64,000 nt of DNA from an uncultured Candidatus Saccharibacteria bacterium (GCA_964634305.1 CAZWLE010000001.1:78120-142119); one strand, 5' to 3'; shown: positions 49,101-57,406, counted from the stretch's first letter. Translations and numbers: made by a program. Notes: generated from the sequence alone by a model not told the origin.

Positions 49101-49487
49101 TACTACGCATCAGCTGCCAAACTCATTGAGACGGGACAAAACTTTGATACCACGCTCACCGCAACCGTACCGCTTACCGGTACCTACTACTTCAAGACGG
49201 TCGTCTATTTCGGTGCTGAATCGTCTGGCGCCTCACGTCAGTTCACTGCAACGGCTGGCAGCACCGGTGGTGGTGGAGGCGGTGGTGGAAGCGGTAGTTG
49301 TGATGACAACCGTGAAGACGCTGACCTTAACTGTGACGGCAAGGTAAATGCCATCGACTTCTCGATTCTTCTAGCGTTCTGGAAGACAGAGCCACCGTTC
49401 CGTAATCCGGGGGTTGACCTCAATAATGACGGCAAAGTGGATGCTATCGACTTCTCGATACTTCTCTACCGCTGGGAACGCAATTAA
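43104..49487 (+). CDS. Giant secreted repeat fibre protein with C-terminal Ig-like domains and dockerin
   Basis: Sec signal (LSALALVLFAVLAATAYA); many VWxxGTRTLT and ASSSxAxVVNANTN repeats; terminal DLNCDGKVNAIDFSILL...DLNNDGKVDAIDFSILL; start GTG 43104 or 43065. Confidence 0.92.
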   Translation: MHIPSFTTARITRLSALALVLFAVLAATAYAAYPQYLPNTSVTIGEFVYDDDFQATTTAGCTVSVYEPGGSLSVNAASMSADANSWYSYSFTPSGGTVGIWRTVMSCGSSGNGSLIRADKTFEITNNIVSSTSVAALVNTNTNTAIATASSSLSATLPGSIWAFSGRTLTSFGTLVSDIWANGTRTLTGFGTLASDVWGVATRTLTAATLSSGSLATLTDVQNASSSVVTLVNANTNTASSSIASVVNANTNAIVAVASSSLAAVINANTNASILTASTSLGTSIASVSTSITNIPTAVWASGTRTLTSFGTLASDVWTSGTRTLTGAGLTSGSLATQTDVQNASSSVVTLVNANTNTTVNTASSSLAAVINANTNLQVLTASSSLGASIAAVASSITNIPTNVWAAGTRTLTSYGTLAADVWTNGTRTLTGAGLSSGSLATQSDVQTASSSLGSAVSASTASVNANTNSIVGTASSSLAAIINANTNLQVLTASTSLGTSIASVASSITNIPTAVWAAGTRTLTGFGTLAADVWTNGTRTLTGAGLTSGSLATQTDVQNASSSVVTLVNANTNTTVGTASSSIASVVNANTNAQVLAASSSLGATLSTLSSSISNVPAAVWNIATSTLTTPGSIGRVLALNIDIPISSVSGGAGITVADIWAYGARTLTSAALTSGSLATQTDVQNASSSVVTLVNANTNTASSSIAAVVNGTIVTASSSLGSAISAGTASVNANTNATVLNASSSLATSISGIPAAVWAAGTRTLTSFGTLAADVWTNGTRTLTDAGLTSGSLATQSDVQTASSSLGAAVSAGTASVNANTNAVVGSASSSLASVINANTNLQVLTASTSLGTSIASVATSITNIPTAVWAAGTRTLTGFGTLASDVWAVGTRTLTGAGLSSGSLATQSDVQTASSSLGSAVAAGTASVNANTNSIVGTASSSIAAVVNANTNSVVAIASSSLAAVINANTNAAVLTASTSLGTSIASVATSITNIPTAVWASGTRSLTTFGTLASDVWAVGTRTLTGAGLSSGSLATLTDVQNASSSVVTLVNANTNTTVGTASSSLGSAVSAGTANVNATVATASSSLASIINANTNLQVLTASSSLGASIATVASSITNIPTNVWAAGTRTLTSYGTLAADVWTNGTRTLTGAGLSSGSLATQSDVLTASSSLGSAVSAGTASVNANTNSVVGTASSSIASIVNANTNTQVLTASTSLGASIASVASSITNIPTAVWAAGTRTLTGFGTLAADVWTNGTRTLTGAGLTSGSLATQTDVQNASSSVVTLVNANTNTTVGTASSSIASVVNANTNAQVLAASSSLGASLSALPTAIWGVATSTLNVPNSIGLVLATNIDRAISSVTGVGGGLSAADVWAYGTRTLTGASLTSGSLAVQSDVLTASSSLGSAITNSQTAINSNTDTTVGTASSSIAAVVNANTNSVVQAASSSLGISLSSLASAVAAVPVGVWANSTRSLTTFGTLASDVWGVGTRTLTGAGLSSGSLATQTDVQTASSSVAAVVNANTNAAISTASSSVASVVNANTNASVLTASTSLGTSIASVATSITNIPTAVWAAGTRTLTGFGTLAADVWTNGTRTLTGAGLSSGSLATQSDVQTASSSLGSAVTAGTASVNANTNSVVGTASSSVASVVNANTNATVLAASSSLGLSLSTISSSITGIPTAVWGVATSTLSTPGSIGRVLSENIDIPLSTISGGGGATAADIWAYGARTLTSAALTSGAIATQSDIQTASSSIAAVVNTNTFTTVSNASSSIAAVVNTNTVAAVQTASTSLGASISNIPNAVWSASTRTLTSFGTLVNDIWNFATRTLTTSTSATWSMSLSGSKNVLAGTAYRATVTLSNDGNLEDPLAAPTITIYDSNRAAVVTNAAMTHAGTGIYQYTLTTSGSASEGAWEALVTSNVESGKTLTSSEFFTLSTAPAQVLIQSMASTTVPNIAANIRITNEGNVDYEYQYEWCVVSTIGNACGGGDDIYYASAAKLIETGQNFDTTLTATVPLTGTYYFKTVVYFGAESSGASRQFTATAGSTGGGGGGGGSGSCDDNREDADLNCDGKVNAIDFSILLAFWKTEPPFRNPGVDLNNDGKVDAIDFSILLYRWERN
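44610..44899 (+). repeat. Exact 290-bp direct repeat, copy 1
   Basis: Identical by eye to 46785..47074. Confidence 0.85.
46785..47074 (+). repeat. Exact 290-bp direct repeat, copy 2
   Basis: Identical by eye to 44610..44899; offset 2175 nt, in frame. Confidence 0.85.
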
Positions 49488-49489
49488 CT

Positions 49490-50323
49490 ATGAGACCTTT
49501 CCTTATCGCTCTTCTGCTTCTTCTCATCGCGCCAAGCGCGCATGCTGCGCGTGTTGAAGTGACGCCGTCCGTAAGCGAAGCGGCACCAGGTCAATCATTC
49601 ACTCTTACGGTCGTCTTGTTTGCTGACGAGACCGCGGTGAACGTTGCCGAAGGAAGGATTCTTATTCCTGAAGGCGTCCATGTAGATGCGGCAAGTGTTG
49701 CCGGTGCTGCGTTTACGCTCTGGCCCTCTCCACCTTCTTACTCTCCCGTTGAAAACGCTGTCCTGTTCTCAGGAGGCGTCCCTGGCGGTATTGCAGGCAG
49801 AACATCAGGTACGCTATTTACGATACGCGCTCGTGCGGATGAAGCAGGTTCGTACGTGTTCTCACCACGCGCCGTCAACGCATATCTTGATGATGGAAAA
49901 GGTACGTTGGATTCCGTCACTACTTCGTCAGCCGTGGTGTCAGTGCATGAGGGCGCATCAGCACCAGCCGGTGTCGATCAAGCAAAGGAACCACTCTCTG
50001 CCGCGATTGGTAGTGACCCATCACTCTTTGACGGTAAATACTTTGTTGCCTTTTATGGTGGCGACCGAGGTAACGGCATCCTTCGCTACGAAGTGAAGGA
50101 AGGTGTCTTTGGTAGCTTTGTTGACGCTGGACGCTACTACGTACTCGAAGACCAATCGCTTGGGCGCCAGATTACGATTCGCGCGATAGACGCTGAGGGT
50201 GTCGCTGCAGAGAAGGTACTTGCCGCAGAACGTGGTATTCCTGCCTGGGTCTTCATCGCCGGTGCCATCTTCCTCGCCCTTGCTCTCTGGCGCCTCATCC
50301 GCCGCATGCGCAGCCGCGTATGA
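49490..50323 (+). CDS. Cohesin-domain protein with C-terminal membrane anchor
   Basis: Signal peptide AHA; VNVAEGRI..P...F.LW...P......FSGGVPGG......LFTI...A; DDGKGT; C-terminal TM plus RRMRSR. Confidence 0.8.
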   Translation: MRPFLIALLLLLIAPSAHAARVEVTPSVSEAAPGQSFTLTVVLFADETAVNVAEGRILIPEGVHVDAASVAGAAFTLWPSPPSYSPVENAVLFSGGVPGGIAGRTSGTLFTIRARADEAGSYVFSPRAVNAYLDDGKGTLDSVTTSSAVVSVHEGASAPAGVDQAKEPLSAAIGSDPSLFDGKYFVAFYGGDRGNGILRYEVKEGVFGSFVDAGRYYVLEDQSLGRQITIRAIDAEGVAAEKVLAAERGIPAWVFIAGAIFLALALWRLIRRMRSRV

Positions 50324-51783
50324 AAAAGCTCCTCGCACTCACCCTCGCACTCTTTCTTCTAGCGCCGTCAGCGTTTGCGGCGAGCATGAGCGTGCTGCCG
50401 GCAGGACGGAATGTTAATGCCGGTGACCTCGTGACTGCACGCGTCTCTATTAATACGAGCGGGGTAGCAATTAACCAAGCAGAAGCAACGCTTCGTTTTC
50501 CTACCGATGTTCTGGAAGTAGTCTCAGTGTCAAAGTCGTCGTCTATCTTCTCACTCTGGGTTGAAGAGCCAACCTATTCAAATACCGCAGGTACCGTTTC
50601 TTTTAATGGTGGTGTCCCAACCCCTGGCTACACCGGAAGCGACGGTGCGGTTGTCTCCGTCACTTTTCATGCAAAGACAGCAGGGACGGCGAGCCTTCTC
50701 CTGTCCGATGCAGCGGTGCGCGCAAACGACGGGCGAGGAACGGATGTTCTGTCCAGCTGGAGTGGGGCAACGATAACCGTAACCGCTGTCACTACGCCTG
50801 CGCCGCTTCCTGCTGCACCGACGCCGACGCCTAGCCCTACGCCGACCCCAACACCAGCTCCAATACCGTCTGACACCTCTGCAACCATTTCCTCGCTGAC
50901 GCACCCAAGTCAGGACATGTGGTATGCAAACGCGAATCCGACCGTACGCTGGAGCCTGCCACGTGGCGCCACCTCCGTACAAGTCATCGTTTCTTCTGAC
51001 CAAGATGCAGTCCCTACCGTCACCCACGCCGCATCGGTGACCGAACGAAAGATTGAGAATCTTGCAGACGGCACCTCGTACTTCAATCTTCGCTACCGCA
51101 CAGGTAGTACGTGGAGTGACCTGTATACCTTCCGTCTCAATATCGATACCGCACCACCAGAAGCGATGACGCACTCGTTTGTATATGACGAAGCATCACG
51201 TGAGCTCATGATTGCGCTTGCGGCAAGCGATGAGACGTCAGGTATCGCAAGCTACGAGCTCACGATTGACAAAGACGCTCCGGTATCACTTCGCGCTGAA
51301 GCGTTTGCGGAAGGTACCTACGGGTATCCGGTTGATGAACCAGGTCTCCACACCGTCTCACTCGCCATTATTGATAAAGCAGGGAATCGTCTCACGATAC
51401 CGGGCTCCTTCATGGTTCCGGTTTCCGTCCTCGACACGCCACTCGTCTCGTTCGGCTTCTTCAATATCACCTTGCTCGGCGCACTCCTCTTCATGGGCCT
51501 CATCTCCATACTTTCTCTCCTCGTTGCCGCTACTGCGCTCTGGCGTCCGCACCAGAAGCCAAAGAAAGCTGCATCTCCGGTAAAGGGTCGTGCGTCAAAA
51601 GAGATAGTCCGTCAGGCATTCGATATCTTGCGCCAAGACCTTGATACGAATGTAGGCGTAGCACAGAAGATACGAGACGGTAAGCCGCTCACCGCTGAAG
51701 ATGAGGCTGCGGGCCGCACCATGCGTAAAAACCTTGATGACTTCGAGCGTTACCTCAACGAGGAGGCAAACCTCTCCAAGTAG
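50320..51783 (+). CDS. Cohesin + Pro/Thr linker + Ig-like domains + TM + cytoplasmic tail
   Basis: INQAEATLRFPTDVLEVVSV...FSLWVEEP...VSFNGGVPTPGYTG...VTFHAK...ANDGRGT; ISSLTHP; IDTAPPE; IDKAGN. Confidence 0.85.
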   Translation: MKKLLALTLALFLLAPSAFAASMSVLPAGRNVNAGDLVTARVSINTSGVAINQAEATLRFPTDVLEVVSVSKSSSIFSLWVEEPTYSNTAGTVSFNGGVPTPGYTGSDGAVVSVTFHAKTAGTASLLLSDAAVRANDGRGTDVLSSWSGATITVTAVTTPAPLPAAPTPTPSPTPTPTPAPIPSDTSATISSLTHPSQDMWYANANPTVRWSLPRGATSVQVIVSSDQDAVPTVTHAASVTERKIENLADGTSYFNLRYRTGSTWSDLYTFRLNIDTAPPEAMTHSFVYDEASRELMIALAASDETSGIASYELTIDKDAPVSLRAEAFAEGTYGYPVDEPGLHTVSLAIIDKAGNRLTIPGSFMVPVSVLDTPLVSFGFFNITLLGALLFMGLISILSLLVAATALWRPHQKPKKAASPVKGRASKEIVRQAFDILRQDLDTNVGVAQKIRDGKPLTAEDEAAGRTMRKNLDDFERYLNEEANLSK

Positions 51784-51813
51784 GAGAGGGGGCGCGTGCT
51801 ATCATGCCCGCAC

Positions 51814-52968
51814 ATGAAGATAGTTTTCGCCGGCGGAGCCACAGGTGGTCACTTCTACCCCCTTATTGCAGTCGCTGAAGAGGTCCGCGCACTCGCACGC
51901 GAACGACAGCTTATTGAGCCGAAGCTCTACTATCTTGCGCCTACCACGTTTGATACAGAGGCACTCTTTGAGAACGAAATTACTTTTATCCCCTGTCCTG
52001 CAGGGAAGTGGCGTCGCTATTTCTCCCTCCAAAACTACACCGACCTTTTTGTAACCCTTGGCGGCTGCATTTCAGCCGTTATGACACTGTTCTCGATATA
52101 TCCGGATGTCGTCTTTAGTAAGGGAGGGTATGCATCAGTGCCCGTAGTGCTTGCGGCACGTCTTCTACGCATTCCGGTCATCATTCACGAATCAGATGTA
52201 GAGCCAGGACGTGCAAACCTTCTCGCTGCCTCATTTGCGTACCGTATTGCGGTGACTTTTGATAAAACGACGACGTACTTCCCAGAAAAAGTACGCGGAA
52301 AGGTCGCACGTACCGGTATTCCCATTCGCAGCGCGCTTCGTCATCCCGTAGCAGAAGGTGCGCGCGAAGAACTACGCCTCGACCCGAACGTTCCTACCAT
52401 TCTTATTTTGGGTGGGTCATCTGGCGCACAGAAGATTAACGAAGTAGTGCTTTCAGGTCTTTCCGAACTGGTTGATACCGCAAATATCATTCATCAAACG
52501 GGACGCGACCTCTATACCGGCGTCGCCGGTGCCGCAAAAGTGATTCTTGAGAAAAGCGCGAACGCTGGTCGCTATCACGCCTTCCCATACCTCAACTCAC
52601 TCTCTATGCGCCGCGCGTCTGGTGCTGCAGACCTTGTCGTATCCCGCGCTGGTATGACGGCAGTTGCCGAGATTTCTATCTGGGGTAAGCCAGCTATTCT
52701 CATTCCGATTCCCGAGTCGGTAAGCCATGACCAACGCACCAACGCATACGCATATGCGCACACGGGTGCGGCGAGTGTGCTCGAAGAGCAGAACCTCTCG
52801 CCACACGTCCTCGTGTCTGAAGCTCGTCGCATCCTTGGTGACGCAAATGTGCGCAGCGCCATGAGTGCCGCGAGCGCAACCTTCGCGAACGTTGAGGCTG
52901 GGAAGATTATTGCTGAAGAACTTATTGCGCTTGGTTTGTCCCACGAACCACAGGCAAAAAACTTCTAA
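51814..52968 (+). CDS. murG: UDP-GlcNAc:lipid I N-acetylglucosaminyltransferase
   Basis: GGATGGHFYP, KGGYASVP, HES, GGSSGA, SRAG, HDQRTNA. Confidence 0.96.
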   Translation: MKIVFAGGATGGHFYPLIAVAEEVRALARERQLIEPKLYYLAPTTFDTEALFENEITFIPCPAGKWRRYFSLQNYTDLFVTLGGCISAVMTLFSIYPDVVFSKGGYASVPVVLAARLLRIPVIIHESDVEPGRANLLAASFAYRIAVTFDKTTTYFPEKVRGKVARTGIPIRSALRHPVAEGAREELRLDPNVPTILILGGSSGAQKINEVVLSGLSELVDTANIIHQTGRDLYTGVAGAAKVILEKSANAGRYHAFPYLNSLSMRRASGAADLVVSRAGMTAVAEISIWGKPAILIPIPESVSHDQRTNAYAYAHTGAASVLEEQNLSPHVLVSEARRILGDANVRSAMSAASATFANVEAGKIIAEELIALGLSHEPQAKNF

Positions 52969-52969
52969 T

Positions 52970-53752
52970 ATGGCAAAGGAGAAATATCCGAAGAGCAGTG
53001 TATACCGACACAATCGAGACATGTTAGAGGAGCGCGCAAGAAATGCTACGGACGTATTTCGGGAAGGAAAGGCATGGATGTCGCATAAGGAACGTGCTGA
53101 GATGATTACTGACATGTTCGGTTCAGGGGTGCGTCCAGAAAAACTGAGTGATGACGAACTCAACGACATCATCGATTACGTTGAGTTCCTTTCGAAAAGA
53201 ACCGGGGCGGCAGCGCTACATTCCAAGAAGTTTCGTTCAGAAGTAGATGAGGGTTCAACACAAAACGCTCTGGAGAAATGGTCTCCTACAAGATCAGGCA
53301 TGATTGGCCATGACGCTATGCATGGTATGTGGGCCTGGCTTCGCTCAGGTGGACTGTCATTTGCACCAGGGTTTATCGACCAACCAGACGAGGAGGGAGA
53401 CAACATTGCATGGATGGAGGAACGCTACACAGAGCTTTTAAGTGATAACTTTTTTGACCTGCGCGAAGCATTCATGGCCGACGGCGTTGATGCTTCACCG
53501 GACCCTGTACGAAGAGCACTACTCATATGGGAAAACAGCTATGGTGAACCGGAGCGGTCAGCGTATATGACAGAACATCGGATGCCGGAATTAGTAGCTA
53601 TGGCACGTAATCTGTATGCCGAGATGAAAAAGCATGGGGATGGAAACATAGACCCGTATTTTGCGTTGCGAGAATTTCAGAGAACCATGAAGCCAGTCCT
53701 CGAACGTTTACGTCGTGCACGTAAGCGTGGTCAAGAGGCGGTCCTGGATTGA
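52970..53752 (+). CDS. Hypothetical protein, paralog of 56440..57249 (HDxxH motif)
   Basis: MAKEKYPKSSVYR..., GHDAMH...EERY; starts 1 nt after the murG stop. Confidence 0.8.
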   Translation: MAKEKYPKSSVYRHNRDMLEERARNATDVFREGKAWMSHKERAEMITDMFGSGVRPEKLSDDELNDIIDYVEFLSKRTGAAALHSKKFRSEVDEGSTQNALEKWSPTRSGMIGHDAMHGMWAWLRSGGLSFAPGFIDQPDEEGDNIAWMEERYTELLSDNFFDLREAFMADGVDASPDPVRRALLIWENSYGEPERSAYMTEHRMPELVAMARNLYAEMKKHGDGNIDPYFALREFQRTMKPVLERLRRARKRGQEAVLD

Positions 53753-53779
53753 TAGCGACCGCTCCGGCATACTGTCTCT

Positions 53780-55096
53780 ATGTCCGTCGTTACCCGTATC
53801 CCGCCCTCGCCAACCGGCCGTTTCCATATTGGAACAGCGCGTACGGCACTCTTCAACTATCTATACGCCCGTAAAATGGGTGGAAAGTTCTTGTTCCGTA
53901 TTGAGGATACCGATAAGGAGCGCAGCACCAAGGAGCATGAACAGAACATCATCGACGGTCTTGCATGGCTTGGTCTTGAGCATGACGGTGAGATAGTGCG
54001 TCAGTCGGAGCGTGCAGAGCGCCACGCCGAGCTGCTTCGTAAACTCGTTGCTGAAGACAAGGCATACATATCAAAAGAGGCGAGTGCAAAGGTGGAAGGA
54101 GCAGAAGTAGAAGTGGTACGTCTTCGTAACATCGGTCGTTCTATAACCTTTAATGATGAAATTCGTGGCAACATTACGTTTGATACGACTGAACTCTCAG
54201 ATTTTGTTATTGGTCGCTCTATAGACGACCCGCTGTATCACTTTGCCGTTGTCGTCGATGACGCTGACATGGGTGTTACCCATGTCATTCGTGGGGAAGA
54301 CCATATTTCAAACACGCCACGCCAAATTCTTATTCAGGAAGCGCTTGGTCTCTCACGTCCTACCTACGCGCATCTTCCCCTTATTCTTGCGCCTGATCGC
54401 TCAAAGATGAGTAAGCGTCATGGCGCCGTTGCGCTCTCTGAATACAAAGAGCAAGGCTTTGTACCAGAAGGCATCATTAACTATCTCGCGCTCTTAGGCT
54501 GGGGACCGGGTGACGATAGAGAGGATTTCTCACTTTCTGAGCTCGTTGAAGCATTTGATTTATCGAATGTACACAAATCAGGCGCTGTATTCGACATGGT
54601 GAAGTTCAAGTCGGTTAATCATCGTTGGCTTCGCAAACTCTCTGATGAGGAGTATCTCTCACTCGGCGGCTTTGCAACCGATGAGACCACGCTCAAGGCA
54701 GTCCCTCTTATGAAGGACCGTGCGACGACCTTTGGTGAGGCACGAACCATGCTCGAAACGGAACTTGGATTCCTATTTGCAGCCCCAACGCCTGACCCTA
54801 CTATCCTCAAGGCTAAAGAGGGTCCACTGGGGGCAAAAGAGGCTCTGGAGGCCGTTCTTGGAGCTATAGAAGGCCTTCCGGAGGGCGTTTCTGCTGAGAA
54901 AGTGAAGGAAGTTCTCATGCCGCTTGCCGATGCTGAGGAGGCAAAAGGGAAGGGGGGACGAGGTGCAGTGCTTTGGCCTACTCGCTACGCTCTTTCAGGT
55001 CAGGAGCGGTCACCAGACCCCTTCACACTCGTCTCCATTCTCGGTGTCACTGAGAGCGCATCGCGTCTCAAAACCGCCCTTGCTATACTTTCCTAA
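53780..55096 (+). CDS. gltX: Glutamate--tRNA ligase
   Basis: PSPTGRFHIGT, RIEDTD, VIRGEDH, KMSKR. Confidence 0.97.
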   Translation: MSVVTRIPPSPTGRFHIGTARTALFNYLYARKMGGKFLFRIEDTDKERSTKEHEQNIIDGLAWLGLEHDGEIVRQSERAERHAELLRKLVAEDKAYISKEASAKVEGAEVEVVRLRNIGRSITFNDEIRGNITFDTTELSDFVIGRSIDDPLYHFAVVVDDADMGVTHVIRGEDHISNTPRQILIQEALGLSRPTYAHLPLILAPDRSKMSKRHGAVALSEYKEQGFVPEGIINYLALLGWGPGDDREDFSLSELVEAFDLSNVHKSGAVFDMVKFKSVNHRWLRKLSDEEYLSLGGFATDETTLKAVPLMKDRATTFGEARTMLETELGFLFAAPTPDPTILKAKEGPLGAKEALEAVLGAIEGLPEGVSAEKVKEVLMPLADAEEAKGKGGRGAVLWPTRYALSGQERSPDPFTLVSILGVTESASRLKTALAILS

Positions 55097-56436
55097 TGCG
55101 GAATTACGTCCTTTCACTCTCATTCCTCCTTGTACTCCTTGCCTGTGTCTCGTTAGCGCCGATTGGTACGCGCGCTGATTCTGTTGATGATATTAAGCGT
55201 CAGATTGAGGAAATCAACCGTCAGCGAGCAGAACTAGACGAAGAAATTGCGGCGTATCAGCGGCAACTTGATGTGCTTGGGGGTCAGCGTCAGACGCTGC
55301 AGGGCGCCATTCAAACCCTCGACGTATCACGCAACAAGACTGCCGCGCAAATTAAAGATATTCAAAAGAAGATTGCAGGAGCGACCCTTAAGCTCTCAGA
55401 ACTTTCCATAGAGATAACGGACAAAGAGGCATCCATTGCGCTCGACCAAGCAGCCGTTGCTGCCTCACTCCGGGACGTTGATGCAGCCGATGACATTTCA
55501 CTCATTGAGCAACTTCTTTCCTCAGATGATATTGCTGACGCCTGGGAACGCATTGATCAACTGTCCGCACTTACAGAAGCGCTTGGCACTCATGCTGCCA
55601 TCCTTTCCGATGCAAAAGTCGTACTCCGCGGTCAACATGAAGCGGTGTCCTCCACTAAAAAAGACCTTTCGTCTGCAAACGTAGAGCTTGATAGTCAAAA
55701 GAAAGCGCTGGACGTACAAAAAGCAGAGAAGGCAACCCTTCTCTCGCAGACACAGTCAGCAGAGAGTCAGTACCAAGCGCTCATAGCTGAGAAACGCCGG
55801 CAACAAGCGCAGTTTGAATCTGAACTCTCACAGCTTGAAGATAGTCTCAACATTTCTATCGATTCCTCAATTATTGCGTCAGCCGGCTCAGGTGTGTTGC
55901 GCTGGCCATTCTCGGAGAATTTTATGCTGGGCTGTGAAGGGAAATTAGGCGCGCTCGGCAACCCTTTCTGTGTTACGCAGTACTTTGGCAACACCTCATT
56001 CTCGACCGCAAACCCCCAGATATATAACGGTTCAGGCCATAACGGCATCGATATAGGTGCACCAAGTGGCACACCCCTTCTTGCGGCACTTGGCGGCACC
56101 GTTATGGACACCGGTAATACTGATGCTGTTCCTGGTTGTTACTCTTTTGGTAAATGGGTACTTATTAAACACGCGAACGGTATCGCTACGCTCTATGCCC
56201 ATCTCTCCTCTATTCAAGCAACGCGTGGACAGGCCGTTTCAAGTGGTGATGTCATTGGGTACTCTGGTATGACTGGTTATGCGACCGGCCCTCATCTTCA
56301 CTTTGCCGTATATGCATCTCAAGGCGTGCAGGTCATGAGTCTTGCTGAGTACCGTGGTGCCACCTCTCCGTGTGCGACGGCAAAAATGCCGGTTGCACCA
56401 AAAGACGCATATCTTAATCCGATGTCGTATCTCTAA
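55096..56436 (+). CDS. M23 peptidase with long coiled coil (EnvC/NlpD-like)
   Basis: Signal peptide, coiled coil, HNGID, LYAHL, TGPHLHF. Confidence 0.93.
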   Translation: MRNYVLSLSFLLVLLACVSLAPIGTRADSVDDIKRQIEEINRQRAELDEEIAAYQRQLDVLGGQRQTLQGAIQTLDVSRNKTAAQIKDIQKKIAGATLKLSELSIEITDKEASIALDQAAVAASLRDVDAADDISLIEQLLSSDDIADAWERIDQLSALTEALGTHAAILSDAKVVLRGQHEAVSSTKKDLSSANVELDSQKKALDVQKAEKATLLSQTQSAESQYQALIAEKRRQQAQFESELSQLEDSLNISIDSSIIASAGSGVLRWPFSENFMLGCEGKLGALGNPFCVTQYFGNTSFSTANPQIYNGSGHNGIDIGAPSGTPLLAALGGTVMDTGNTDAVPGCYSFGKWVLIKHANGIATLYAHLSSIQATRGQAVSSGDVIGYSGMTGYATGPHLHFAVYASQGVQVMSLAEYRGATSPCATAKMPVAPKDAYLNPMSYL

Positions 56437-56439
56437 GAC

Positions 56440-57249
56440 ATGAGCGAAAAGTATCCAAAGAGCGGCCTGTATCGCGAGCACAAGGCGGAAGTACAGGAGT
56501 ATGCAAAGGAACGATACGAGCGGTTTACGCATAATCTGGACGGCGAGCTTCAGAGGATGTTTGGTAAGAACATCAATCTCGAAACAGTCACGGAAGAACA
56601 ACGCGAGAGTATCTGCCTCATCGCCAAGTACGCCTTACAACGACTTGTTGGTGGAGCGCTCTATTCTAAATATCATGACGGGCCTGGAACGCTTGGGGAA
56701 GCGGTAGACCATGTCATTCGCGAGGACGACGTCGGTCATGACATTATGCATGCGATGGTCGCGGGCATGATGAATGAAAATCGCTCGCACGTTCCTGTGT
56801 ACGCCACGACATCTGCTAATGGTATGGTTGACCGCAAGGTACACTCGTATGAGCAACTCGAGGAGGCATACGTGGGCTTGTTCGAACATATGACTTCGCT
56901 CGCAAGCTCCCTCAAAGAGATGGTTGGCAATCCACAGAAGCTGGAGCAGGGTCTTAAAGATGCACGAATTTCATTCCATGAACGACAAGAACTACGTCGT
57001 CTTGCTAAGAAAAATCCTGGGCTCTTTTTTATGCAGTATTGGGAGAAAACGGATTTCATAGGCGGCAGCCCTGCGCAAAGCAGCTTCCGCGCGGCTCATC
57101 GCGCCCCTGCGATAGCTGAGGTTATGAGCCATTTGTACGAACATACGAAGAATGGTGCGCTCAACCCTAATTTCCCGCTCACTGAGTTCCTACGCATCCA
57201 CGAGCCACTAGTCACTCGTCTACGCGCTAAGCCTAACGCTAGCGAATAA
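56440..57249 (+). CDS. Hypothetical protein, paralog of 52970..53752 (HDxxH motif)
   Basis: MSEKYPKSGLYR..., GHDIMH...EEAY. Confidence 0.8.
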   Translation: MSEKYPKSGLYREHKAEVQEYAKERYERFTHNLDGELQRMFGKNINLETVTEEQRESICLIAKYALQRLVGGALYSKYHDGPGTLGEAVDHVIREDDVGHDIMHAMVAGMMNENRSHVPVYATTSANGMVDRKVHSYEQLEEAYVGLFEHMTSLASSLKEMVGNPQKLEQGLKDARISFHERQELRRLAKKNPGLFFMQYWEKTDFIGGSPAQSSFRAAHRAPAIAEVMSHLYEHTKNGALNPNFPLTEFLRIHEPLVTRLRAKPNASE

Positions 57250-57364
57250 ATGAGTGCTCAATCTGCTCAATCGTTGTTAGTGAGACAGGCCAGCAGTAGC
57301 TACACATACCACCCTGGAAGGTGTGGCCACGCACACACGTCTTTGAATCAGCGGGAAATGCCAT
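57239..57364 (-). CDS. Putative 41-aa zinc-finger micro-protein
   Basis: MAFPADSKTCVRGHTFQGGMCSYCWPVSLTTIEQIEHSFIR; C-x3-H-x6-CxxC. Confidence 0.4.
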   Translation of the reverse strand: MAFPADSKTCVRGHTFQGGMCSYCWPVSLTTIEQIEHSFIR

Positions 57365-57406
57365 AGCCGCACCTTACTGCAGACCTTATGAGGCCTGCAT
57401 GAATGA

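Noticed and set aside
38058-51783. Prophage or canonical cellulosome
   Set aside because: I recognise no integrase, terminase, portal, capsid, att repeats or glycoside hydrolase domains.
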